DNA of 64,000 nucleotides from Oscillospiraceae bacterium (GTDB lineage Bacteria; Bacillota; Clostridia; Oscillospirales; Acutalibacteraceae): NCBI GenBank assembly GCA_022763825.1, contig JALEQX010000066.1, positions 12,888 to 76,887 of the forward strand, read 5' to 3'. Shown piece by piece: positions 15,853 to 25,837 of this stretch (position 1 is its first letter; each line of letters starts with the position of its first letter). The notes under the pieces were generated by a model. It saw only the letters and a program-made list of their open reading frames with translations, ran no database searches and was not told where the DNA came from. The position numbers and the translations under genes were made by a program.

Positions 15853-17001
15853 TTACTTTCTGCCCTTGAACATATCGAAAATATCGATAAGATCGTCGTC
15901 GTCCGTACCATAGGACTCTTTAACCTCGGGTTCGGGCTTTTTCTCGGGTTCTTTAGCGGTTTCCGCTTTCTCTGCGGGAGCCGAGTCCTCGTCGGGAAGC
16001 TCGAATACGGGAGCGGAATCCTCTTTCTCGTCTATTTCATTCTTAACGTCGCCGAAACCGGTAGCTACAACGGTAACAACCATTTCGTCGTCAAGACTCT
16101 CGTCGAATGCAACGCCGAAGATAATGTTTGCGTCCGGATCCGCAGCGTCAGAAATAATCGAACAGCATGTATCGACAGCCTCGAGAGCGATATCATTGGA
16201 GGCGGTAATATTGATAATAATACCCTTTGAACCCTTGATAGTAGTTTCGAGCAGGGGGCTCGAAATAGCGGCGTTCGCGGCGGTCTCCGCCTTGTCCTTT
16301 CCGCTGCCTCTGCCCACGCCCATGTGTGCGTGACCTGCGTCCTTCATGATAGCGGTAACATCGGCAAAGTCAAGGTTGATAAGTCCGGGAACGGTGATAA
16401 GCTCTGCAATACTGCGTACGCCCTGACGAAGAACGTCGTCGGCTACGTTGAACGCATTGACAAGAGTAATCTTTTCGTCGGAAACAAGTTTTAATCTCTC
16501 ATTAGGAATAATGATAAGAGAATCAACGTGTTTTGCAAGCTCTGCGATACCGTCCTCTGCCTGCGCCATTCTGCGTCTGCCCTCGAAATTAAAGGGCTTG
16601 GTAACGATGCCTACGGTAAGAATGCCCTTATCCTTAGCCATTTGAGCGATAACGGGAGCCGCGCCGGTTCCTGTTCCGCCGCCCATGCCTGCGGTGATGA
16701 ATACCATGTCGGTGCCGTTGAGAGAATCGTTTATAACGTCCATGCTCTCCTCGGCCGCCTTCTGTCCTATCTCGGGTCTTGCGCCGGCACCCTTGCCCGC
16801 GGTAACCTTTTCGCCTATCTGAATTTTTGTATCTGCTTTAGAAAACATGAGGACGTGCTTATCGGTGTTAACGGCGATAAACTCGACGCCCTGAACGCCG
16901 GAATCGACCATGCGGTTGATAGCGTTTCCGCCGCCTCCGCCTACGCCTATTACCTTAATCTTGGTAACGTCCTCATACTCGTTTGAAATTTCAAAAGACA
17001 T
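15853..17001 (-). CDS. ftsZ: Cell division GTPase FtsZ
   Basis: 'GVGGGGGNA' and '[12 protein letters not shown]' tubulin signature, with a C-terminal '[11 protein letters not shown]' peptide. Confidence 0.98.
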   Translation of the reverse strand: MSFEISNEYEDVTKIKVIGVGGGGGNAINRMVDSGVQGVEFIAVNTDKHVLMFSKADTKIQIGEKVTAGKGAGARPEIGQKAAEESMDVINDSLNGTDMVFITAGMGGGTGTGAAPVIAQMAKDKGILTVGIVTKPFNFEGRRRMAQAEDGIAELAKHVDSLIIIPNERLKLVSDEKITLVNAFNVADDVLRQGVRSIAELITVPGLINLDFADVTAIMKDAGHAHMGVGRGSGKDKAETAANAAISSPLLETTIKGSKGIIINITASNDIALEAVDTCCSIISDAADPDANIIFGVAFDESLDDEMVVTVVATGFGDVKNEIDEKEDSAPVFELPDEDSAPAEKAETAKEPEKKPEPEVKESYGTDDDDLIDIFDMFKGRK

Positions 17002-17158
17002 TTAACTTCCTCCAATACGTGTAACTCCACACTCACATTATTTTAATCAACATAACCCAAAATAATTAAATAATTATACATTTAATATAATATCATGATT
17101 ATTTATAAATTTCAACATTTATTTTAATAAATTCAACCTCGGGAGAGTTATGATTTTA

Positions 17159-18091
17159 TTAATTTTCGTCCGAAACTGCCGTATTCGGCTCGCTGAGCGG
17201 TTCTCTCGTCTCAAGAAGTTCCGATTTATCGCGGTCGGGACGTACAAACGCCTTTGACTGAGAACTTAAATCGATTATCAGATCCGAGACAAAACTCTTT
17301 TGATTTTCAGCCTCTATCGTCTTTGCCGCAAGCCGTAATTTGCTCTGTGCGTCCGTCATTGAACCGAGTATGCACGTTATCCTGTTTGAAACGACAAACT
17401 TTATATCCGCGTCCGATTCGAGATTTATTTTAGTAACGTCTGTTATAGAATACTCGCCGAACAGACTGCCGAGTTTCATCAATTTATCGTACTTATCGGC
17501 GTCTGCAAATACGCACTGCGCGCCTTTTTTCGCCTGACTCAGCGTAACGCCCGTGACAAGAGCCGCCGAGGCGGGAATCACAGCGGAACTGTCGTCTAAA
17601 ACCTTAGCATTTTCATTAAATAAAACATATCCCGCAGTTGAAGATACCGCGTATTTTGCATACGTATCGGAAACGATTATCTCGAGAGTATCGGGCAGTT
17701 TTCTTTTAATTTTTGCCGTGCCGATGTACGGCAATACGGTTTCTATCGACTTCCGGGCGCCGGAAACGTCGGCTATTATAAGATTCTGACCAACCGTAAA
17801 TCCGGACGCGTTTATTATTTCATCATTTGTATAATAAGAACTTGCCTGCTTATTCGATTGTGCATTTTTAACGGTAATATTGTTCACCTTGAAAAATGCC
17901 GCTGATATTACTATTCCCGCAATAAGTGCAATGATAAGAAATACGAAGAAAATAATCAAATTTCTGCGAACAACGGCTCTTTTGCGTTTCTGAGAACTTA
18001 TTTTTACCTGTTCCGAACGCGACAGCTGTGCGGCAGGCCGGGTGCGCTGTCTGTTATCTTCACTTGTCGCTCTCCGATTCATTATCCTCAT
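17159..18091 (-). CDS. ftsQ: Cell division protein FtsQ/DivIB (POTRA domain)
   Basis: Basic cytoplasmic tail, a single TM helix, POTRA-like 'FKVNNITV...', and its position between murA and ftsZ. Confidence 0.8.
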   Translation of the reverse strand: MRIMNRRATSEDNRQRTRPAAQLSRSEQVKISSQKRKRAVVRRNLIIFFVFLIIALIAGIVISAAFFKVNNITVKNAQSNKQASSYYTNDEIINASGFTVGQNLIIADVSGARKSIETVLPYIGTAKIKRKLPDTLEIIVSDTYAKYAVSSTAGYVLFNENAKVLDDSSAVIPASAALVTGVTLSQAKKGAQCVFADADKYDKLMKLGSLFGEYSITDVTKINLESDADIKFVVSNRITCILGSMTDAQSKLRLAAKTIEAENQKSFVSDLIIDLSSQSKAFVRPDRDKSELLETREPLSEPNTAVSDEN

Positions 18092-19340
18092 CCTTTTTTA
18101 TGTCGGCACCCAGTTCCGAAAGAACCGTGTGTATATTTTCGTATCCTCTGTTTATAAGTTTGATATTGTGTATCGTTGTCTTTCCGTCAGCGGCAAGCCC
18201 TGCGATAACAAAAGCCGAACCGCCTCTTAAATCCGGAGTTATAACGCTCGCTCCGGTCAGCCTGTCAACGCCCTCGACAACAGCCATTCTGCCGTCGACT
18301 CTTATCTTCGCGCCGAAACGCATAAGCTCGCTGACGTGTTTATATCTTGATTCGAAAACGGTCTCGATCATAACACCCGTTCCCCTGCAAACGGTCATGA
18401 CCGCCATTATCGGAGCCTGCATATCCGTCGGAAATCCCGGGTACGGCATGGTTCTCACCGTTCTGATGCTTTTCAGCCTGTCGGGAGCCGTAATCGTAAG
18501 TGAATTTACTCCCGTAACGATTCTGCACCCTGCCTCCTCAAAAAGCGGAATAACAGGCATGAGATGCGCGGGGATTATTCTGTTAAGCGTAACCTTTCCG
18601 CGCGAGACTGCCGCAGCCGCCATATACGTTCCGGCGGCTATCCTGTCGGAAATTACCGTGTGTTCGCACGCGTGAAGTTTTTTAACGCCGTCAATAACGA
18701 CCGTTCCGTATCCCGCGCCGGAAATTTTCGCGCCGCACGAGTTGAGAAAATCGGCAAGGTCGCTTATTTCGGGCTCTCTTGCCGCGTTGTTTATAACGGT
18801 TCTGCCGTTTGCCGTGGCAGCTGTCAGAATTATATTTTCCGTCGCGCCCACACTGGGAAAAGACAACGTAATATTGCATCCCTCAAGTTCTTTTAAAACC
18901 TTAAAACTGATATTGGCGAACTCCTCGGTTATCTGAACGCCGAACTTCTGTATCGACGACAGATGAAGGTCTATGGGTCTTAACCCTATCTCGCAGCCGC
19001 CCGGAGACGAGAGCTCCGCGGCTCCCATACGCCCGATAATCGCGCCTAAAAATATTACGGACGAGCGCATCTGACGCATTAACGAATCCGGAATATCATA
19101 TTTATCGACCGACGTCGAATCTACTCTCAGAGACGAGCCCTCGCGTTTTACCTTACAGCCGAGATGTCTTAAAATTCTGACAGTCGCATCTACGTCCGTT
19201 ATATCGGGACAGTTGTGAATAACCGACTCTCCGTTTACAAGCACCGAGGCGGCAAGTATCGGAAGCACGCTGTTTTTGGCTCCCTGAACGTTCACCTCGC
19301 CCGAAAGACGTTCACCGCCGTTTATTACGTAACAGGACAC
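18060..19340 (-). CDS. murA: UDP-N-acetylglucosamine 1-carboxyvinyltransferase
   Basis: 'GERLSGEVNVQGAKNSVLPILAAS', 'GGCEIGLRPIDLH' (catalytic Cys) and 'RGYENI'. The likely start is the GTG at 19340, after AAGGTGG. The track ATG is at 19358. Confidence 0.93.
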   Translation of the reverse strand: MSCYVINGGERLSGEVNVQGAKNSVLPILAASVLVNGESVIHNCPDITDVDATVRILRHLGCKVKREGSSLRVDSTSVDKYDIPDSLMRQMRSSVIFLGAIIGRMGAAELSSPGGCEIGLRPIDLHLSSIQKFGVQITEEFANISFKVLKELEGCNITLSFPSVGATENIILTAATANGRTVINNAAREPEISDLADFLNSCGAKISGAGYGTVVIDGVKKLHACEHTVISDRIAAGTYMAAAAVSRGKVTLNRIIPAHLMPVIPLFEEAGCRIVTGVNSLTITAPDRLKSIRTVRTMPYPGFPTDMQAPIMAVMTVCRGTGVMIETVFESRYKHVSELMRFGAKIRVDGRMAVVEGVDRLTGASVITPDLRGGSAFVIAGLAADGKTTIHNIKLINRGYENIHTVLSELGADIKKDEDNESESDK

Positions 19341-19419
19341 CTTAATCCCACCTTTCATACTGCATACTATGCCGTGGGATTTGTCCGTGTTATAAGTTAC
19401 GTTTTATGTGCGTATAATA

Positions 19420-20541
19420 TTATTTTTCGTTTGCTAATTTAACTATTATATCCGCTATCTGTTTCTGCGCGTCGGGCTTTGACATCTTCTTTGCATTCGA
19501 CGCAATTTCGTCTCTTAATTCTTTATTGTCAAGAAGTTCGGTAACGACTTCAAGGAGTTTTTCGTCCGTGAGGTCTTTTTCCTCTATAATTCTTGCGGCG
19601 TTGTTGTTTACAAGCGCCATTGCGTTATGATATTGATGATTTTCCGCAACGTTGGGGGACGGTATAAGCACCGAAGCCCTGCCGACAGCCTCTATTTCCG
19701 AAAGAGAGCTTGCTCCGCTTCTGCCGATTACGATATCGGCGGCTGACAGGCAAACGTCCATATCGTTGATGTACTCGCTGACTCTTATGTTCTTTTCATT
19801 GTCAATATCAACGCCCTTTTCCTTAAGCGTTTCGGGAACCCAAGTTCCGTACTGACCGTAGGCGTGAATAAAACTGCACTTATTTTTATCGTGAAGCTCG
19901 GCTATAAGCGAACACATAGCGTTGTTGACGGTTTTCGCGCCGAGGCTTCCGCCGAATGAAAGTATCATAGGCTTATCGTCAAGTCCGAGCTTTGCTCTTG
20001 AAAAATCTCTGTCCGCGGATAAAATTTCGCCCCTTACGGGAAGTCCGGTAACGACGGGCTCAACTTTACATTCGAGATACTCGGCGGCTTTGGGCACTGT
20101 CAGCATAACAGCGTCCGCGGTTTTCGCAAGGGCTTTATTAGTAACTCCGGGAAACGCGTTCTGCTCGTGAATCGCCGTTTTTATACCCATTTTCGCAGCC
20201 GTTCTGACGACGGGACCGCTTACATATCCGCCGAATCCCACAACAACATCGGGTTTAAAATCCTCGATAAGCTTTTTACAGCTTGAGGTCGACTTCATAA
20301 GCTTAACGACTGTGCCTATGTTTCTTTTTATATTCTCCAAACTTAATTTTCTCTGAAATCCGCTTATTTCTATCGTTTTAAAATCGAATCCCGCGGCGGG
20401 AACAAGTTTTGATTCCATCTTCTCCTTAGTTCCGATAAAGAGTATCCGGGCGTCGGGATAACGCCGTCTTATCTCCCCTGCTGCAGCGAGAGCGGGATTT
20501 ATATGACCGCCGGTTCCGCCTGCGGCAAACATTATTTTCAT
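19420..20541 (-). CDS. murG: Lipid II synthase MurG (UDP-GlcNAc transferase)
   Basis: 'AAGGTGGHINPALA' G-loop and 'GASSLSEI...PS' C-terminal motifs. Confidence 0.95.
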   Translation of the reverse strand: MKIMFAAGGTGGHINPALAAAGEIRRRYPDARILFIGTKEKMESKLVPAAGFDFKTIEISGFQRKLSLENIKRNIGTVVKLMKSTSSCKKLIEDFKPDVVVGFGGYVSGPVVRTAAKMGIKTAIHEQNAFPGVTNKALAKTADAVMLTVPKAAEYLECKVEPVVTGLPVRGEILSADRDFSRAKLGLDDKPMILSFGGSLGAKTVNNAMCSLIAELHDKNKCSFIHAYGQYGTWVPETLKEKGVDIDNEKNIRVSEYINDMDVCLSAADIVIGRSGASSLSEIEAVGRASVLIPSPNVAENHQYHNAMALVNNNAARIIEEKDLTDEKLLEVVTELLDNKELRDEIASNAKKMSKPDAQKQIADIIVKLANEK

Positions 20542-20553
20542 TTGAATCCGTCC

Positions 20554-21822
20554 TTATTCGTTAAGCGATTTTTTATTTCTTGATGATCTTGATACAGACA
20601 GAACCATACCCATCTGCACCATAAATATTACGAGCGACGTTCCGCCGTAACTGAAAAACGGGAGACTGATTCCCGTATTCGGAATCGAGTCCGTCGCAAC
20701 GGCAATATTCAATATAACCTGAATTCCGACCTGCAAAACTATGCCCATAGCAAGCAATCCGCCGAAACGGTTCTTTGCCGTGGTACCTATGACTATACCG
20801 CGCCAAACAAGAAGCGTAAAGAGAAGCAGAAGCATCATAGCGCCGAAAAATCCCGTTTCCTCGCAGACTATTGCAAAAATAAAGTCGTTCTGAGGCTCTG
20901 AAACGTACATGTATTTCTGAGTCGAACCGCCGAGTCCGGTGCCGAAAAATCCGCCCGAACCTATCGCATAGAGCGACTGATTCGTCTGCCAGCGCGCGCC
21001 CGTAGGTTCATAGTCCTTATCAAGCCAACCGATAATACGGTTACCCATGTATTTTTGAAGGATTCCGCCCGAACCGCTGTCCCTTGTAGACATTACAATA
21101 TAACATACCAATGCGGCGGCGCCGAGCACTCCGACGACTCCGATAATAAACCATCGATCCCTGACTCCGCCTAAGAACATCATAACGCATCCGATAAGGA
21201 AGATTATGACCGCGCCGGAAAGATGGTTTTCCATATAAATTAAGGCCGCGAACATTCCGGTAAGCAAAACGACCGCTATTGTCGGGAATGAGGATTCTTT
21301 TATAAATCTTCTGTACTTAATGTCGACCATGCGGGCAAAACGTCCGCGCGACATTTTATTGGAAAACATATCCCTGTGGTACGCGTCAAAAATGACCGCG
21401 CTTACGAGTATCAATGTAAATTTGGCTATCTCCGACGGCTGAAACGTCATGAAGCCTAAATTTATCCAGCGTTTGAATCCGGGTTTATACTCGGGGAGTA
21501 TGAGAACTATCAGAAGAAGTCCGACGGTAACGGCGAGCATTATTTTATAAAGTCTGCGCCATGTTTCAAAATTGATTCTCGACACGGCGAGCATTGCCGC
21601 GATTCCGAGTACGGCGAAAATCGCCTGTCTTTTGAAAAAATACATCGGATCGTCGTACTTATAGTAAGCGTAAGGATAGCTTGCCGAAAACTGCATTATA
21701 AGACCGAAGCAAAGTATGGCGAGTACGAATATCAGAAAAAGGATATCCATACTGCCGTAATTAATTAAATTTCCGAACAGCTCGGCGAGCGAAAATTTCT
21801 GTTTTTTCTTTACAGCCGCCAA
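20554..21822 (-). CDS. ftsW: SEDS-family peptidoglycan polymerase FtsW/SpoVE
   Basis: Polytopic membrane protein with 'QPSE(I)AK' and 'PNTGISLPFFSYGGTS'. TTG start lies 8 nt after GGAGG. Confidence 0.9.
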   Translation of the reverse strand: MAAVKKKQKFSLAELFGNLINYGSMDILFLIFVLAILCFGLIMQFSASYPYAYYKYDDPMYFFKRQAIFAVLGIAAMLAVSRINFETWRRLYKIMLAVTVGLLLIVLILPEYKPGFKRWINLGFMTFQPSEIAKFTLILVSAVIFDAYHRDMFSNKMSRGRFARMVDIKYRRFIKESSFPTIAVVLLTGMFAALIYMENHLSGAVIIFLIGCVMMFLGGVRDRWFIIGVVGVLGAAALVCYIVMSTRDSGSGGILQKYMGNRIIGWLDKDYEPTGARWQTNQSLYAIGSGGFFGTGLGGSTQKYMYVSEPQNDFIFAIVCEETGFFGAMMLLLLFTLLVWRGIVIGTTAKNRFGGLLAMGIVLQVGIQVILNIAVATDSIPNTGISLPFFSYGGTSLVIFMVQMGMVLSVSRSSRNKKSLNE

Positions 21823-21861
21823 ATTAATTCCTCCGATCTTAATAGTGAATTGTCCGCTCTT

Positions 21862-22899
21862 TTATACGGGTCTGCCGAAATATGTAAGCAGAATTCCGAT
21901 AACGCTTCCTATGATATTGACAAGCGAAAATACGTATACAATCTTCTTTTCGCCCCATCCGCATTTTTCGAAATGGTGATGAATGGGAGCCATTTTGAAT
22001 ATACGCTTGCCGTGAGTGATTTTGAAATAAGATATCTGAATTACGTCAGAAAGGAATTCGCAGACGTAAACGATTCCGCACAGGAGAATAAGCCACGGAG
22101 CGTCGACACAGTAAGCTACGGCGACGACGAGACCGCCCAGGAACATCGAACCGGTATCGCCCATCATAACCTTGGCGGGATTCCAGTTCCAGATAAGATA
22201 GCCTGCAAGCGAGCCGAGGAGCGAAGCGCAGAGAATGCTGACTCCGAAATAATTTCTGATAATCGCAATTACGATTCCCGCGACGGCAAAAGTTGCCGTT
22301 ACACTCGCGCACAGTCCGTCGACTCCGTCGGTAAAGTTTACGGCGTTAACCGTACAGTACATTGCAACAAGACCGATCGGAATAAACCACAGACCGATAT
22401 CGATATTTCCGACGAACGGAATGAACATATATGTCGACTTCGACAGGAAAAGAGCTATAAGGTAAGCGACCATAACGACTATCTGCATTATGCTCTTCTG
22501 CACTATGGTAAGTCCGAGATTACGCTTCTTCGCGACCTTTATATAGTCGTCGGCAAAGCCTATGGCGGCAAAGCCCAATGACATAAGTATGCCCGCGTAA
22601 AACTTGACCTTTACGTTATCCGCGTCCGCCATGTGTCCGTCGGCTACGATATTGCGCTTTAATATAAGATTCGTTCCGATAACGACCGCCAGCGAGAATA
22701 TAACTCCGATTATAAACAGAATTCCGCCCATTGTAGGCGTACCCTGCTTTTTCTTATGCCAGCTCGGACCTATGTCGAGTATCGTCTGTCCGAACTTCAG
22801 CTTATGAAGCCACGGGATAATAACGTATCCGAGCAGAAACGCGATAATAAAACCGAGTACCGCCGCGATAACGAGAAATAAATATTTTGAGCCTTCCAT
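21862..22899 (-). CDS. mraY: Phospho-N-acetylmuramoyl-pentapeptide transferase MraY
   Basis: 'KKGTPTMGG', 'NAVNFTDGVDGL', 'GDTGSMFLG' and 'APIHHHFE'. Confidence 0.97.
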   Translation of the reverse strand: MEGSKYLFLVIAAVLGFIIAFLLGYVIIPWLHKLKFGQTILDIGPSWHKKKQGTPTMGGILFIIGVIFSLAVVIGTNLILKRNIVADGHMADADNVKVKFYAGILMSLGFAAIGFADDYIKVAKKRNLGLTIVQKSIMQIVVMVAYLIALFLSKSTYMFIPFVGNIDIGLWFIPIGLVAMYCTVNAVNFTDGVDGLCASVTATFAVAGIVIAIIRNYFGVSILCASLLGSLAGYLIWNWNPAKVMMGDTGSMFLGGLVVAVAYCVDAPWLILLCGIVYVCEFLSDVIQISYFKITHGKRIFKMAPIHHHFEKCGWGEKKIVYVFSLVNIIGSVIGILLTYFGRPV

Positions 22900-22951
22900 A
22901 ACGCTCCGCCTTTCACTTCCGGCTTTTAAACGGAATATATATCCGCCGTAA

Positions 22952-24307
22952 TCAGCCGATCATTTCATATACTTTTTTTATAACGTTTTCAAGACGCATG
23001 CCGTGGCTTGCCTTGAAAGAAACCGCGTCCCCCTCTTTAAGAACCGAAGCAAGACGGGATGAAAGTTCATCCTCATCGGCAAAGCTTTCGACATTTTTCA
23101 TGCCGTGATCCTTTGCCGACACGGCGATGTCCTTCGCCTTTTCTCCGTATGTAAAGAGTATGTCGATTCCGGCCGACGCGCAGTATTCACCGCACAGTCT
23201 GTGTGCGTTTTCGGAAAACGAACCGAGTTCGAGCATATCGCCCAGAACCGCGATACGCCGTTGTGCGTTGATTTTCGATAACGTATTCAACGTCGCCTTT
23301 ACGGAATCGGGGCTTGCGTTGTAGCAGTCCTCTATAAACGTGATTCCGTTTTTATTCACTATATTCTGTCTCATGCCCGAGGGAACGTAATGTCCGAGAG
23401 CGTCGGCGCACTCTGAAAGTGAAATGCCCAGTTCTCTGCCGACTGCGACGGCGGCGAGCGCGTTATATACGTTATGAATACCTATCGCGGGCAGTCTGAC
23501 GCGCACTTTCTCGCCGTAAGCCGAAACGGTAAATTCGGTAAACAATCCGTCCTCTTTGACATCGTCGGCGCGGATTTTGCACACGGGATTTGTAACAGAG
23601 AAGAATACGACTTTAAATCTCTCGCTCATAACGGTTGAAAGAAGGTCATTGTCCCCGTTTAAAATAAGCGGAGAACCTTTCTCCATTCCCTCTATTATTT
23701 CCAGTTTTGCTTTGAGTATGTTCTCTCTTGACCCGAGATTCTCGATATGCGACACGCCGACATTTGTTATAACGCCTATCGTCGGTCTCGACGCGCGGGT
23801 AAGACGCGATATCTCGCCTAAGTGATTCATTCCCATTTCGATAACGGCGCACTGCGTGTTTTCGTCCATTGACAGCAAAGTTAAAGGCATACCGATATCG
23901 TTATTTAAATTGCCTTGCGTTTTAAGCGTGTTGTATTTCGCGCCCGCGACGAGAGCTATCATATCCTTTGTCGTAGTTTTGCCGACGCTTCCGGTAAGAC
24001 CGATCACCGGAATGTCAAACGTCGAACGGTAATATGCGCCGAGGTCAAGCAGAGCTTTTTTCGTATCGTCAACGTAAATAACGGGAATATCCGCGTTCGT
24101 TTCTTTTCTGCACATTACGGCAGACGCGCCTGACTTTACGGCTGAATCTATAAACGCATGACCGTCGAAATTATCGCCCTCGAGGGCTATAAACATTCCG
24201 CCGTGTACGGGTTTTCTCGAATCTGTAAACACGGCGCTGACATTTGCCTCTCCTACGGCTCTGCCGTTGACTGCCGCCGCGATTGTCGATGTATTTAAAG
24301 TTTTCAC
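22952..24307 (-). CDS. murF: UDP-MurNAc-tripeptide--D-Ala-D-Ala ligase MurF
   Basis: 'GLTGSVGKTTTK' P-loop, 'EMGMNHLGEI' and 'DCYNASPDS'. Confidence 0.93.
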   Translation of the reverse strand: MKTLNTSTIAAAVNGRAVGEANVSAVFTDSRKPVHGGMFIALEGDNFDGHAFIDSAVKSGASAVMCRKETNADIPVIYVDDTKKALLDLGAYYRSTFDIPVIGLTGSVGKTTTKDMIALVAGAKYNTLKTQGNLNNDIGMPLTLLSMDENTQCAVIEMGMNHLGEISRLTRASRPTIGVITNVGVSHIENLGSRENILKAKLEIIEGMEKGSPLILNGDNDLLSTVMSERFKVVFFSVTNPVCKIRADDVKEDGLFTEFTVSAYGEKVRVRLPAIGIHNVYNALAAVAVGRELGISLSECADALGHYVPSGMRQNIVNKNGITFIEDCYNASPDSVKATLNTLSKINAQRRIAVLGDMLELGSFSENAHRLCGEYCASAGIDILFTYGEKAKDIAVSAKDHGMKNVESFADEDELSSRLASVLKEGDAVSFKASHGMRLENVIKKVYEMIG

Positions 24308-24328
24308 AGTATCACGACCCGATTGTAA

Positions 24329-25768
24329 TTATTTTATTTTGCCCGAAAGAATGTCTCTTACAATTTCTCTTTCGTCATAATGAATTTTTCCGGTTGAAAG
24401 TATCTGATAAGTTTCATGTCCCTTGCCGGCGAGCAGTACTATATCGTCCTTCTTAGCCTGAGACAACGCGTGAGCAATAGCCTTTGTCCTGTCGGGCTCG
24501 ACGTATTTTGCAACCTTGATTCCCTTAACGCCGACGAGTATTTCATCGATAATGCTTACGGGATCCTCGCTTCTCGGATTGTCGGAGGTTACGACAATAT
24601 AATCGGACAGCTTTGCAGCTATCGTGCCCATTATCGGGCGTTTCGTTCTGTCTCTGTCTCCGCCGCAGCCGAATACGGTTATAATTCTGCCCTTTGCGGT
24701 GCATCTTAACGACGTGAGAATGTTTTCAAGTCCGTCCGGCGAATGTGCGTAGTCGATTATTACGGTATAATCCGTACCGGTCGGTACGACCTCTATTCTG
24801 CCCTTAACTCCGTGACACCTGCTCAGCGCCTCGCATACTGCGCCGAATTCAAATCCGAGCTGTGAAACACAGACCGCCGCCGCCATTGAATTATATACTG
24901 AAAATTCGCCGGGAATCGGAAGCTTTACGTGCTCTATGGCGCCCATTGTGACAAGCTCGTATTCGATGGAGTCGTTATTCATTCTGATATATTTAGCGGT
25001 GTAGTCCGCCGCGTCCTGTTTTTCCGAATACGTTACGACTCTGCCCTTAACGCCCATAACCATTCTGCCTGCGTGCGGGTCGTCTAAGTTGACAATGCAC
25101 GTATCTGCATTTTTAAATAATTTTGACTTAGCGTCGGCGTAATTTTCGAACGTGCCGTGATAATCGAGATGATCTCTCGTAAGATTCGTAAACACCGCGC
25201 ACGTGAACTTGCATCCGTCTACCCTGCCCTGATCGAGAGCCTGCGATGAAACCTCCATAATACAATATTCGCACTTTGCCTCAACCATCTTTGCAAACAG
25301 CTCCTGAAGTTCGAAGCACTCGGGAGTCGTCAGCGACGACGGAAATTCCTCATCGCCGACCATATTTTTGACCGTTCCGATAAGTCCCGATTTCTTGCCG
25401 AGAGAATCGAGTATCTGTTTTATAAGAAAAGTCGTGGTCGTCTTGCCGTTGGTTCCGGTAAGACCGATAAGCTTAAGCTTTTTTGCGGGATTTCCGAAGA
25501 AGTTTGCGCACATGATAGAAAACGCGCTTCTCGTATCGTTTACTATTATCTGATTCTTAACGCCCACGTCGTGTTTGCAGACAACGGCGACGGCGCCTTT
25601 TTCCGTCATTTCTTTTGCTGCGGCATGACCGTCGAAGTTCTTGCCCTCGATACAGATGAATACCGCGCCCTCTCTTATTTTTCTTGAATCCGCGGTGAGA
25701 TATACCGCCTCGGCATCCTCATATTCGTTCTTTACTTTTACGCCTTTCATAAGCTGAGAAAGCAGCAT
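24329..25768 (-). CDS. murE: UDP-MurNAc-L-Ala-D-Glu--2,6-diaminopimelate (or L-Lys) ligase MurE
   Basis: 'GLTGTNGKTTT', 'EVSSQAL' and 'DYAHSPDGL'. 'GCGGDRDRTKR' with DNPR is the DAP-type signature. Confidence 0.93.
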   Translation of the reverse strand: MLLSQLMKGVKVKNEYEDAEAVYLTADSRKIREGAVFICIEGKNFDGHAAAKEMTEKGAVAVVCKHDVGVKNQIIVNDTRSAFSIMCANFFGNPAKKLKLIGLTGTNGKTTTTFLIKQILDSLGKKSGLIGTVKNMVGDEEFPSSLTTPECFELQELFAKMVEAKCEYCIMEVSSQALDQGRVDGCKFTCAVFTNLTRDHLDYHGTFENYADAKSKLFKNADTCIVNLDDPHAGRMVMGVKGRVVTYSEKQDAADYTAKYIRMNNDSIEYELVTMGAIEHVKLPIPGEFSVYNSMAAAVCVSQLGFEFGAVCEALSRCHGVKGRIEVVPTGTDYTVIIDYAHSPDGLENILTSLRCTAKGRIITVFGCGGDRDRTKRPIMGTIAAKLSDYIVVTSDNPRSEDPVSIIDEILVGVKGIKVAKYVEPDRTKAIAHALSQAKKDDIVLLAGKGHETYQILSTGKIHYDEREIVRDILSGKIK

Positions 25769-25837
25769 AGTTTTGACCTCCTTTATGTGATCGCCATATC
25801 TTTCACTGTATTATAATATGATAATATTTTATAAATA

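Noticed and set aside
21850-22581. 243-aa plus-strand ORF.
   Set aside because: It is entirely antisense to mraY, which carries all the MraY signature motifs. It is a shadow ORF.
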